DNA of 37,414 nt from Candidatus Bathyarchaeota archaeon (GCA_965602795.1 CBFCZR010000002.1:1-37414); one strand, 5' to 3'; shown: positions 17,368 through 25,204, counted from the stretch's first letter. Notes: generated from the sequence alone by a model not told the origin. Numbers and translations: made by a program.

Positions 17368-17508
17368 TCAGTTCTTCAGTATTCTTGCTTTGACTGTTCC
17401 CTCTGCCGCCTGTTTGATGCTCTCGGCTTCTTCTAGCGAATCTACGTTGGTGAAATACTTGAACCAAGCACCAGAACGGGGAAGCTCTATTTCAATCGCA
17501 TACGCCAT
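17368..17508 (-). CDS. Hypothetical 46-aa small protein (low confidence)
   Basis: Below the ORF-track cutoff. Reverse-strand ATG at 17508 gives MAYAIEIELPRSGAWFKYFTNVDSLEEAESIKQAAEGTVKARILKN, with stop at 17368-17370. Co-oriented 138 nt upstream of the NTase-kinase gene. No recognisable family. Confidence 0.2.
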   Translation of the reverse strand: MAYAIEIELPRSGAWFKYFTNVDSLEEAESIKQAAEGTVKARILKN

Positions 17509-17737
17509 GTCATAATCCCTACCCAAATCCAATGAAGTGAGTATTCATATTGCGGATAAATACTATTCTACTATAACAAGCATATTCCGAAACTCGATAT
17601 ATCCAAGCTTCCAAGTTGCCAAAACTGCCCCAAACAACCATATTTGAAGTCTAACAGAGGCTCATTGTTGAAAAACAGCTTCTGGGCATACAAGAAAGTG
17701 TGAACTCCAGCGAATGGCTAGTCACGCGGATGGTGTC

Positions 17738-17789
17738 TATTAGGCTCCTAATAGCAGTTCTATATTGAAAACAGTCTTTTTTCTGGAAA
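17738..17789. repeat. Intergenic element copy B (TATTAGGCTCCTAATAG...TATATTGAAAACAGTCTTTTTTCTGGAAAT)
   Basis: Same 17-nt palindrome and downstream block as 2716-2768. Flanked by degenerate copies of the downstream half at 17664-17686 and 17843-17873. Confidence 0.75.
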
Positions 17790-17918
17790 TCAGAAGCACA
17801 GCCCCAAAACGCCGCAAACCGTTCACACAAACATGCTAAAACGTTGTTGGAAACCAGCTTCTTTCAGGAAAACTAGGCAACAGCAAAATCAAGTTGCTGT
17901 CTCTTTTCGGCTGAGCGG

Positions 17919-18107
17919 TCAGTTTCTGTTTATACTCGTTAACAATAGAACTAGCCCTGCCGTGAAAAAAACCGCTTCGAAGAATTCGTGATGAAGGATA
18001 TCCCCTAGGTCAAAAATTCTTCCACTAACTAGGAGGTGATGTATAACAATCAGCAAACCTACCAGAATTAAAACTAAACCTAATTTTTTAGCGATACTTT
18101 CTTTCAT
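17919..18107 (-). CDS. Small two-TM membrane protein (hypothetical)
   Basis: 62 aa: KKLGLVLILVGLLIVIHHLL ... FFEAVFFTAGLVLLLTSI. Divergent from the P-loop kinase gene. Confidence 0.4.
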   Translation of the reverse strand: MKESIAKKLGLVLILVGLLIVIHHLLVSGRIFDLGDILHHEFFEAVFFTAGLVLLLTSINRN

Positions 18108-18164
18108 ATTTCTTCAAAGTGAAATCTTGGAATTCCTTTATAAAAACAGTGGTTCCCAAAAACC

Positions 18165-18818
18165 ATGCAAAGGTTTATTTTTTCAGCGCTTCACCTTAAG
18201 CAAGGGTGCAACCAATTGAGAGAACCTTTTGCCGAGTTTGTTAAAGCCGAGCTAAACCCCGACATTCTATTAATCACCTGTGGACTTCCAGGAACTTGGA
18301 AAACAGAGACATCCCAGGAAATCTCAAAAATCAAGGGATACCCAATTCTCAGAACCGACCTGATTCGCTTGGAAGTTCTCAAAAATGAAGACATCTTTGA
18401 CGAAAAAGTTGCAGGGAACATGAGCAAACGAGAGCTTGTCTATGATGAAATGTTCAGGCGAGCAGAAAATCTTGCCCAGAAAGGCAAAGGCGTAATCTTA
18501 GATGCCACTTTTGTAACCCAGAAACTGCGGAGACGCGCCGCTGAAATAGCCGCAAAAACCAAAATTCCCTTCGTTATACTTCAGACCAGCTGCTCTGAAG
18601 ACGCGTCTATTAAGAGGATTTTGCGGAGGACTAAACAGAATTACGAGTCGAATGCTTTGACCAAGCAAGCCTACCTTAACAACAAGAAAAGGTTTGAGCC
18701 TGTCGACTTGGAGGACCTGAAGCATAGGCATCCAAATCTTGAGATAATCCACTTGACAGTTGACACCGAATACGACAACCCAGAAGACTGGTACATAATC
18801 GGAAAAGAAGCCAGGTAA
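18165..18818 (+). CDS. P-loop kinase-like protein (AAA_33 / polynucleotide-kinase-zeta-like fold) with non-canonical Walker A
   Basis: LLITCGLPGTWKTETS (Walker A-like), RTDLIR, VILDATF (Walker B/Asp) and the RRR lid-like RILRRTKQNYESNA resemble AAA_33 kinases, i.e. the ATP-binding half of 'bifunctional aminoglycoside phosphotransferase/ATP-binding' proteins. Confidence 0.6.
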   Translation: MQRFIFSALHLKQGCNQLREPFAEFVKAELNPDILLITCGLPGTWKTETSQEISKIKGYPILRTDLIRLEVLKNEDIFDEKVAGNMSKRELVYDEMFRRAENLAQKGKGVILDATFVTQKLRRRAAEIAAKTKIPFVILQTSCSEDASIKRILRRTKQNYESNALTKQAYLNNKKRFEPVDLEDLKHRHPNLEIIHLTVDTEYDNPEDWYIIGKEAR

Positions 18819-18832
18819 CTGGACTCAGCTTT

Positions 18833-19702
18833 ATGATAATCGATTTGCATATCCACTCAAAAACCTGCTCCGACGGAAACCTGTCTGTCAAAGAAATCAT
18901 TGAAGAAGCCAAAGCCAGAAACATCGAGTTAATGTCAATCACCGACCACGACGCAATCGGCTGCCAAAACCAAGCCAAAACCTTAGCACAAAAAAACGGA
19001 ATCCACTACATCAGCGGCGTTGAACTGAACATAACCTTTTCGCACCCCAAATTCCGCAAAGGCAAACCCGTCTCCTTAGACCTTTTGGGCTACCAATTCG
19101 ACGTAAACAACAGAGCCTTAACCAGCAAACTTCAGCAAATCGCAAAATACCGCGAAGAACGCGCCGCAAAAATCCTAGAAAAACTCGACACAGAATTCAA
19201 AAAAGAAGGACTCAACAAATTAACAAAAAAAGATTTAACCGAGATTCAAAACTCCGCTGACGGCGTGCTAGGGAGACCCCACATAGCAGATTATCTGGTG
19301 AGAAAAAAAGTTGTCAGAAACAGGCAAGAAGCCTTCGACAAATACCTCGTCAAATGCAACGTTTCCAAATATCCCCTCTACCTCAAGGATGCTTCAAGCC
19401 TGCTGAGAAACGCTGGCGGCATAGCAGTGCTAGCCCACCCCAACGACCCTCACGGAACCTCACTCATAAAATTGACTAAATCACTGCAGGAACAGACAGC
19501 TATAATCGAAGATTCGATGCTAAACTACCTTGATGGAATAGAGTGCTGGCACTCCAGACTAGACGCCGAAACAACTAGCCATTACGTAAACTTTGCAAAA
19601 AAACATGGACTAATCATGACCGGAGGAAGCGACTGCCACCAGAACCCCATCATCATGGGAACAGTCCAAGTCCCAGATTTTGTGGCTCAACAATTCAGGT
19701 AG
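18833..19702 (+). CDS. PHP-domain phosphoesterase, TrpH/YciV (RNase AM / 3',5'-bisphosphate nucleotidase)-like
   Basis: IDLHIHSKTCSDGNLSVKEIIEEAKARNIELMSITDHDAIG, GVELN, GRPHIADYLV, AGGIAVLAHP, GIECWHS and GGSDCHQ reproduce the metal-binding His/Asp motifs of TrpH-type PHP enzymes. Starts 15 nt after the P-loop kinase gene. Confidence 0.8.
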   Translation: MIIDLHIHSKTCSDGNLSVKEIIEEAKARNIELMSITDHDAIGCQNQAKTLAQKNGIHYISGVELNITFSHPKFRKGKPVSLDLLGYQFDVNNRALTSKLQQIAKYREERAAKILEKLDTEFKKEGLNKLTKKDLTEIQNSADGVLGRPHIADYLVRKKVVRNRQEAFDKYLVKCNVSKYPLYLKDASSLLRNAGGIAVLAHPNDPHGTSLIKLTKSLQEQTAIIEDSMLNYLDGIECWHSRLDAETTSHYVNFAKKHGLIMTGGSDCHQNPIIMGTVQVPDFVAQQFR

Positions 19703-19715
19703 AACGCCTTTCTAA

Positions 19716-20735
19716 TCATAACTTTCGCGCATAACTTGTAGCTAACTCAAAGTATGCTTTTGCCTCTTTCTTTGCTGCAGCCTTTTCCTTTTCGTCCACG
19801 CTGGGGTCGTTTAGTCTAAAGCTGGTGACTTTTCCTCGCACGTAAGCTCGGTAGCATTTGTAGAAATCAAGAAGTTTCTCCACTTCTCTGTCTCCCGAAT
19901 AGTTGACGTATCTCTCAACAAAAAATTTTGACAAGTCACTTCGGTCTTTAAACTCCAAGTCCATAGCTAAGAAGGCAACGTCAGAGGCAACATCACAGAA
20001 CCTGAATCTTTCATTGAACTCTATCGCGTCGAAAATGTAAATCCTGTCCGCAACAAAGATGTTGCCCGAATGGATGTCTCCATGGCACTCTCTGATTCTG
20101 TTCTCAACCACTCTCTTCGCAAAAAACGCCGCGTTTTCCTCCATGAATTCCTCTGTTCTTTCACGGATTAATCTGTAACTTTCCGCGGGTATAGTTTTGC
20201 CAATGAACTCCTCGCTTTGCTCAAAATTCTCTCTCCAATTAGTTTCTATCATCGGCAAGGACCCAAACTCGCCTATTCTCTTACCTGTTTTTGCTTTCGA
20301 GTGGAATTCGGCTATGATTTTTGCCATTCTATCAACGAGCGGTCTGTCCACTTTTCCCTCTTCAAGAAGTCGAGTCATAATCTTTTCTTCGGGTATTCTC
20401 TTCATTTTCACGGCGTATTCAACGGTTTCTCCTTCACCGCCTATTTTGATAGTTTCTGATTTGTTGACGGGAACGACCTCCAGATACATGTCTCCACATA
20501 ACCGCTTGTTGAGCTCCAACTCTTTTTCGCAGAAGAGCCGTCTCTTCTCAAGGGTTGAAAAATCTAGGAACCCGAAGTCTACAGCCTTTTTCACTTTGTA
20601 AACGAAATTTCTAGTCAAGAAAACAAATGATATGTGCGTCTGTTTCAGTTCAATTTGCTCCACTTCTTCGTCATAAGCTTCAGGCTTCATCAGCGCTTCT
20701 ACAACCTGCCTCTGGTCAGTCACGTATTCTCCCAA
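19716..20735 (-). CDS. Aminoglycoside-phosphotransferase (APH)/choline-kinase-fold phosphotransferase
   Basis: IELKQTHISFVFLTRNFVYKVKKAVDFGFLDFSTLEKRRLFCEKELELNKRL matches the ETHISxVFL...YKxKKPVxxxFLDFSTLxxR N-terminus I recall from the APH half of bifunctional APH/ATP-binding proteins. Catalytic loop CHGDIHSGNIF and IFDAIEF (DFG-like). Confidence 0.75.
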   Translation of the reverse strand: MGEYVTDQRQVVEALMKPEAYDEEVEQIELKQTHISFVFLTRNFVYKVKKAVDFGFLDFSTLEKRRLFCEKELELNKRLCGDMYLEVVPVNKSETIKIGGEGETVEYAVKMKRIPEEKIMTRLLEEGKVDRPLVDRMAKIIAEFHSKAKTGKRIGEFGSLPMIETNWRENFEQSEEFIGKTIPAESYRLIRERTEEFMEENAAFFAKRVVENRIRECHGDIHSGNIFVADRIYIFDAIEFNERFRFCDVASDVAFLAMDLEFKDRSDLSKFFVERYVNYSGDREVEKLLDFYKCYRAYVRGKVTSFRLNDPSVDEKEKAAAKKEAKAYFELATSYARKL

Positions 20736-20943
20736 CCTATTTCATTCAAACTTTCATATTCTATTAAGGTCGGCTTCAATATTGTTTTTGTCATCGAAAC
20801 AGATAGTTTTCGTCTAATCTTGTAGTCTTCAGCAATCTTTCGGCTTCAGCCAAAACTTCAAACTCCCAACTCTAATTTTTTTATTCGCCATTCATTTTAT
20901 AACCGTATTGAAGTGACCCGTTTTTATTTTTCCCCATAAAGCC

Positions 20944-20951
20944 TTAAATAT
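20944..20951 (+). promoter_or_regulatory. TATA-box candidate for the ribosomal-protein operon
   Basis: TTAAATAT about 30 nt upstream of the uL22 ATG (20980), in a 244-nt intergenic region. Position implies a very short leader. Not validated. Confidence 0.25.
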
Positions 20952-20979
20952 CCTGCTTGTTACTGACTTGACGATAGAT

Positions 20980-21450
20980 ATGCCAAAATGGGGCTACTCA
21001 ATAACCGACATAGATGTGGAAAAGACAGCTAAAGCTAGTGGACGCGAGCTTAGGATATCTCATAAACACGCAAGAGAAGTGTGCAGGACAATAAAGGGAA
21101 TGAATCTCGATCAAGCTAAAGATTTCCTTAATCAGGTTATTCTTAAGAAGAAACCTGTTCCCTTCCGCAGATTTAACAAACATGTGCCCCATCGTCACGG
21201 TTTGGAAAAAGCCTTCTCCGGTAGATACCCTGTTAAGGCTGCACAACAAATTTTGAAGGTGCTTGAAGGCGCTGAAGCAAATGCAGAATATAAAGGTCTT
21301 GACATGGAGCGGCTTCGAATAATTCACGCTTCAGCCTCCCAGGCAATGAAGATAAAACGGTTTATTCCCCGAGCCTTCGGCAGATCATCACCAAGATTCA
21401 ACACCCTTTCTCACGTAGAACTTGTTCTAGAAGAGATGGAGGCAAGCTAA
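20980..21450 (+). CDS. rpl22: 50S ribosomal protein uL22
   Basis: MPKWGYSITDIDVEKTAKASGRELRISHKHAREVCRTIKGM...FRRFNKHVPHR is typical archaeal uL22. The track ORF begins at TTG 20968; ATG 20980 is preferred. Confidence 0.9.
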   Translation: MPKWGYSITDIDVEKTAKASGRELRISHKHAREVCRTIKGMNLDQAKDFLNQVILKKKPVPFRRFNKHVPHRHGLEKAFSGRYPVKAAQQILKVLEGAEANAEYKGLDMERLRIIHASASQAMKIKRFIPRAFGRSSPRFNTLSHVELVLEEMEAS

Positions 21451-22718
21451 TGTCGGTGGTTAAACACTTCATAGAAGATTCAATAAAGAAAGCAGAGATT
21501 GACGAATTTCTGCAAAACGAATTCGAGCGGGCAGGATACGGTGGCGTAAGCATCACCAAAACCCCTCTGGGAACCCATCTCGTAATATACACCATGCGCC
21601 CAGGCATAGTCATCGGAAGAGGCGGAGAAACCATAAGAGCACTCGCAACCGTCCTCGAAGAAAACTTCCAGCTTCCCAGCCCCCAAATTTCAGTAGCTGA
21701 AATCGAAATCCCAGAACTAAACGCCTACGTTGTGGCGTCACGAATTGCCTCAGCATTAAAGCGAGGCGTCCACTATCGAAGAGCCGGTTTTTGGGGACTT
21801 AACCAGATCATGGACGCAGGGGCACAAGGCGCAGAGATTATTATCAGCGGCAAATTACGGACTGACCGTGCTCGATACGAAAAGTTTAGGTCAGGATATT
21901 TGCCTAAAAGCGGGGAGCCTCCCAGGAAACACATGCGAAAAGCGGAGTTGCATGTTCAATTGAAACCTGGAATTTTGGGCGTAAAAGTTCGGCTGATTCC
22001 ACCTGATGCAGAGTTTCCCGATCAGGTACAAGTACAAATACTTGATGAAGACTTAGAGAAAGAACCAGAAGGAGAAATCGAAGAAAAGGCAACAGTAGCA
22101 GAAGAAAAAACGGCTGAACCAGCCGCATCCCCAGCTGAAGAAAAAGAGGCAACTGAAGAGGCTGTGTCTGAACCTGCGGTTCCTCCTGCTAAGGAAAAGG
22201 CAGAACCAGAGAAGAAAGTAGCCGAAAAAGTTCCTCCTACCAAAGATAAGAAGGTAACTAAAAAGAAGGCTGCAAAAGCTCCTGCTGCTGAAAAGAAAGC
22301 AGAAGAAAAAGTGGTTAAACCAAAGGTTACTCCTGCTAAAGAAAAGAAGAAGGTTTCCAAAAAGAAAGTAGCTAAACCGAAAGCTCCTGCCAAAGAAAAA
22401 GCAGCTGAACCCAAGGTTACTGCTCCGAAAAAAGAGAAAAAGATATCCAAGAAGAAAGCTGTTAAAACAAAAGCTAAGCCTGTAAAGAAAAAGAAGGCTG
22501 CAAATAAGAAAGCAGAAGAAAAAGCGACTAAATCCACAGCTCCTGCTAAAAAGAAGAAAGTAGCAAAAAAGAAGGTTTCTTCAGCTAAAAAAGTTGCAAC
22601 GAAAAAGAAGAAAACTAAAGCTAAGGCTACTTCTGCCAAAAAAACGAAGAAAGCATCCAAAAAGAAAGTAGCCAAAGTAAAAGCTTCGGCTAAAGAGAAG
22701 AAGGAGGCTGAAGAATAG
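21450..22718 (+). CDS. rps3: 30S ribosomal protein uS3 with ~220-aa low-complexity C-terminal extension
   Basis: KH and S3_C core (GVSITKTPLGTHLVIYTMRPGIVIGRGGETIR...GAEIIISGKL) spans residues 1 to ~198. An E/A/P-rich then K/A/P/V-rich tail follows to residue 422. The ATG overlaps the uL22 TAA (TAATG). Confidence 0.9.
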   Translation: MSVVKHFIEDSIKKAEIDEFLQNEFERAGYGGVSITKTPLGTHLVIYTMRPGIVIGRGGETIRALATVLEENFQLPSPQISVAEIEIPELNAYVVASRIASALKRGVHYRRAGFWGLNQIMDAGAQGAEIIISGKLRTDRARYEKFRSGYLPKSGEPPRKHMRKAELHVQLKPGILGVKVRLIPPDAEFPDQVQVQILDEDLEKEPEGEIEEKATVAEEKTAEPAASPAEEKEATEEAVSEPAVPPAKEKAEPEKKVAEKVPPTKDKKVTKKKAAKAPAAEKKAEEKVVKPKVTPAKEKKKVSKKKVAKPKAPAKEKAAEPKVTAPKKEKKISKKKAVKTKAKPVKKKKAANKKAEEKATKSTAPAKKKKVAKKKVSSAKKVATKKKKTKAKATSAKKTKKASKKKVAKVKASAKEKKEAEE

Positions 22719-22719
22719 A

Positions 22720-22935
22720 ATGGCAATATTACGGTTAAACGACATTCGAGATATGTCTTCTGAGAAACGAAAAGAAAAGATAACCGAATTTAGGACAGAA
22801 CTAGCCCGATTAAAGACAATGGTTGAGGCAGGCGGCTCCATAGACAACCCCACCCAAATACGCGAACTACGCAAAACCATTGCCCGAATACTCACAATCG
22901 AAGCCGAAGAAAAACGAGGAGATGAACAGAAATGA
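22720..22935 (+). CDS. rpl29: 50S ribosomal protein uL29
   Basis: MAILRLNDIRDMSSEKRKEKITEFRTELARLK..., ~71 aa, in the canonical position after uS3. Confidence 0.85.
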   Translation: MAILRLNDIRDMSSEKRKEKITEFRTELARLKTMVEAGGSIDNPTQIRELRKTIARILTIEAEEKRGDEQK

Positions 22936-23213
22936 CTGTCACACCCAGCATAGTTCAACATGAATTCATCGGCCTTGAAGCCAAGGTGGTTAAAAGTTCA
23001 AACCCCGACGTAGTTGGAATCGCGGGTAAGGTGGTTGATGAAACCCGCAACACACTCGCAATCTTGTGTAGTGGCGAAAGAAAAGTAATTGTCAAGGATA
23101 CCGCTGTTTTTGAGTTTGTGCTACCAGACGGGACAGCTGTGGAGATTGACGGCAAAGTTATAATGGGACGACCTGAAGATCGAATTAAGAAAAGACCAAG
23201 GAGGTTATGGTAG
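22932..23213 (+). CDS. rnp1: RNase P protein component 1 (Rpp29/Pop4)
   Basis: EFIGLEAKVVKSSNPDVVGIAGKVVDETRNTLAI is the Rpp29 Sm-like core. Canonical archaeal position between uL29 and uS17. ATGA start/stop overlap. Confidence 0.8.
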   Translation: MTVTPSIVQHEFIGLEAKVVKSSNPDVVGIAGKVVDETRNTLAILCSGERKVIVKDTAVFEFVLPDGTAVEIDGKVIMGRPEDRIKKRPRRLW

Positions 23214-23552
23214 ATGTCAGCACTTACCGCAAAAAAACCAAAGAAAACATGTGACGATGTCAATTGTCCATTTCATGGATCCCTTGCCCTGAGGCGGCGT
23301 TCACTGGAAGGAATAGTGGTCAGCGATGAGATGGAAAAAACTGTTATCGTCCGCCGCGACTATTTGCAATATGTACCAAAATATAGAAGGTACGAACGAA
23401 GACGTAGAAACATACCCGCACACAATCCACCCTGTCTAGAAATCAAAGAAGGAGACAAGGTGAAATTGGTAGAGTGCCGTCCAATAAGCAAAACCGTCTC
23501 GTTCGTTGTTATCGAGAAATTGGAGGAAGGACCTAGTGGCGGCAAGAGCTAA
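23214..23552 (+). CDS. rps17: 30S ribosomal protein uS17
   Basis: [38 protein letters not shown]...[14 protein letters not shown]...[20 protein letters not shown]. Confidence 0.9.
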   Translation: MSALTAKKPKKTCDDVNCPFHGSLALRRRSLEGIVVSDEMEKTVIVRRDYLQYVPKYRRYERRRRNIPAHNPPCLEIKEGDKVKLVECRPISKTVSFVVIEKLEEGPSGGKS

Positions 23553-23565
23553 GTCTCGGGCTTTC

Positions 23566-23976
23566 ATGGCAAAGGGCGTTGTCGGTCAGAAACCAAAGAT
23601 TTCCCGAGGACTACCAAACGGCTCCATCTTGAAGTGCGCCGACAATTCGGGTGCCCAAGCAGTTCGTCTGATTCAAGTTGTAGGATACAAGGGCCGCTTA
23701 TGTCGGGTTCCATCAGCTTCTGTGGGGGACCTAGTCACCGTCTCAGTTAGAAAAGGGACACCCGACATGAGAAAGAAGATATTTCACGCTGTTGTTGTTC
23801 GGCAGAGAAAACCGTTTCGCCGTGTTGACGGAATCTGGGTTCAATTCGAGGACAACGCAGCTGTCATAATGACTCCGGAGGGGGAAATGCGGGGCTCAGA
23901 GATTCGGGGACCCATTGCGAAGGAGGCGGCGGAGAAATGGCCTAGAATCGCCAGCGCTGCCAGCATCATCGTATAG
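23566..23976 (+). CDS. rpl14: 50S ribosomal protein uL14
   Basis: [31 protein letters not shown]...[14 protein letters not shown]. The track ORF starts at 23506 inside uS17; the ATG at 23566 gives the canonical ~136-aa protein. Confidence 0.9.
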   Translation: MAKGVVGQKPKISRGLPNGSILKCADNSGAQAVRLIQVVGYKGRLCRVPSASVGDLVTVSVRKGTPDMRKKIFHAVVVRQRKPFRRVDGIWVQFEDNAAVIMTPEGEMRGSEIRGPIAKEAAEKWPRIASAASIIV

Positions 23977-23987
23977 GAGACTTAAAG

Positions 23988-24443
23988 ATGAAAACAACAA
24001 AACCTACTAAACAGAGAAAAAGGCTGTATCAAGCTCCTGTTACCGAACGATACAGAAGATTCTCTGCACCCCTCGCATCTAAATTGAAAGAATCTCATGG
24101 CACCAGCTCGGTTCCAGTGAGAAAAGGCGACACCGTTATGATTATGAGGGGAGACCGTAAGGGCTTCGAAGGAAAGGTCACTCAGATTAACCGGAAAAAC
24201 TACAGAATATTTGTTGAGGGGGCAAATCGTGAGAAGGTGGATGGGACCTCTATCTCTGTTCCTATTCATCCTTCAAAGGTAATGATAACACGCCTAAATC
24301 TTGATGACAAATGGCGCAAAAAGATTCTGGAAAGAAAAGGTGCAGCTGAGAAATCTGAAATCGCCGAAGAGGAGCCTCCGAAGAAAGAGAAGAAAAAGAA
24401 GAGAAAAACAACTAAGAAAACAAAAAAATCTGGAGGAAAATGA
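23988..24443 (+). CDS. rpl24: 50S ribosomal protein uL24 with K-rich C-terminal tail
   Basis: KQRKRLYQAP...VPVRKGDTVMIMRGDRKGFEGKVTQINRKNYRIFVEG (KOW motif). Tail EEPPKKEKKKKRKTTKKTKKSGGK. Confidence 0.9.
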   Translation: MKTTKPTKQRKRLYQAPVTERYRRFSAPLASKLKESHGTSSVPVRKGDTVMIMRGDRKGFEGKVTQINRKNYRIFVEGANREKVDGTSISVPIHPSKVMITRLNLDDKWRKKILERKGAAEKSEIAEEEPPKKEKKKKRKTTKKTKKSGGK

Positions 24444-24444
24444 G

Positions 24445-25203
24445 TTGGGAAGAAAAGGCGAACGTGGATGTTTGAAGAGGAAACCTGCACCGAAGATGTG
24501 GCCTATTCATCGAAAGGAGGCTGTTTGGACAGTTATGCCCAAACCTGGCCCTCATCTCATTTCACGTTCTTTACCGCTTGTCCTTATTGTCCGAGACATG
24601 CTTGGATTCGCAAAAACGGCTAAGGAAGCCAAGAACATAATTTCTAACGAGAAGATAATGGTTGACGGCAAAGTCAGACGTGATGAGCGTTTTCTTGTTG
24701 GTTTGATGGATGTCATCTCCATAGTTGACGCTAAGAAATCCTATCGAGTCCTACCTTCTGGGAAGGGTCTCGTTCTTCATCCAATTGATGCTAAAGAACA
24801 ATCCTTCAAACTTTGCCGAATAGAAAACAAACACGTTGTGAAAGGTGGAAACGTACACCTTGATCTTCATGACGGAGCGAACTCCCTGATTCAAGTGAGC
24901 AACCCTCAGAATCCAGAAGAAGATACATATCACACTCTTGATGTGCTGAAGCTTAGCGTTCCTGATCGGGAACTTCTTGGACACACGAAACTAGCTGTAG
25001 GAGCGCCTGCAATAGTAATCGGCGGAAAAAACATGGGCAAATCTGGCAAGGTTGTTACCATCGAAAAGAAACCAAGCAAAAAACGTAGAGACCTACTTGT
25101 AACCCTTGAAGACACAGATGGGAACCAATTCCAGACAATCCTCGATTTCGTTTTCATACTCGGCGACACTAAACCCTCCATATCCCTACCGGAGGTGGAT
25201 TAA
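24445..25203 (+). CDS. rps4e: 30S ribosomal protein eS4
   Basis: (TTG)GRKGERGCLKRKPAPKMWPIHRKEAVWTVMPKPGPH matches the eS4 N-terminus. TTG start at 24445, 8 nt after a GGAGG and 2 nt after the uL24 stop. The track's 24301 start lies inside uL24 and is rejected. Confidence 0.85.
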   Translation: MGRKGERGCLKRKPAPKMWPIHRKEAVWTVMPKPGPHLISRSLPLVLIVRDMLGFAKTAKEAKNIISNEKIMVDGKVRRDERFLVGLMDVISIVDAKKSYRVLPSGKGLVLHPIDAKEQSFKLCRIENKHVVKGGNVHLDLHDGANSLIQVSNPQNPEEDTYHTLDVLKLSVPDRELLGHTKLAVGAPAIVIGGKNMGKSGKVVTIEKKPSKKRRDLLVTLEDTDGNQFQTILDFVFILGDTKPSISLPEVD

Positions 25204-25204
25204 C

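Noticed and set aside
17248-17436. 62-aa + strand ORF upstream of the NTase-kinase gene.
   Set aside because: It has no motifs and overlaps the (also weak) 46-aa minus-strand ORF. Neither can be supported beyond the ORF's existence, so only the minus-strand ORF, co-oriented with the kinase, was listed, at low confidence.
2716-17789. Integrated element bounded by direct repeats, with tRNA-Leu as the attachment site.
   Set aside because: The repeat starts after the tRNA rather than including its 3' half. The enclosed 15 kb has no integrase, replication or virion genes. It contains housekeeping genes (trmI, ppa) on both strands.
17660-17875. Possible degenerate CRISPR array. The GTTGAAAACAG-type motif recalls some CRISPR repeats, and the spacing is ~80-100 nt.
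   Set aside because: There are only three local copies, with roughly 70 percent mutual identity and irregular spacing that is longer than repeat-plus-spacer periods. No cas genes are in the window, and a fourth copy sits alone next to a tRNA. Retained only as a generic repeat finding.
22022-22726. 234-aa reverse-strand ORF (F/A/S-rich) antisense to the uS3 tail.
   Set aside because: Artefact of AAG/GAA/GCT-rich low-complexity coding sequence, whose complement (CTT/TTC/AGC) is stop-free. Phe-rich nonsense composition, and it lies inside a tightly coupled + strand operon.
24301-24444. Track-predicted 5' extensions of eS4 (from 24301), uL5 (from 25106), uL14 (from 23506) and uL18 (from 28136) that overlap the preceding genes.
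   Set aside because: The extensions are out-of-frame read-through of the upstream genes. Conserved N-termini begin at downstream starts (TTG 24445, TTG 25205, ATG 23566, ATG 28151), which sit next to the upstream stop codons and, for the TTGs, after GGAGG.
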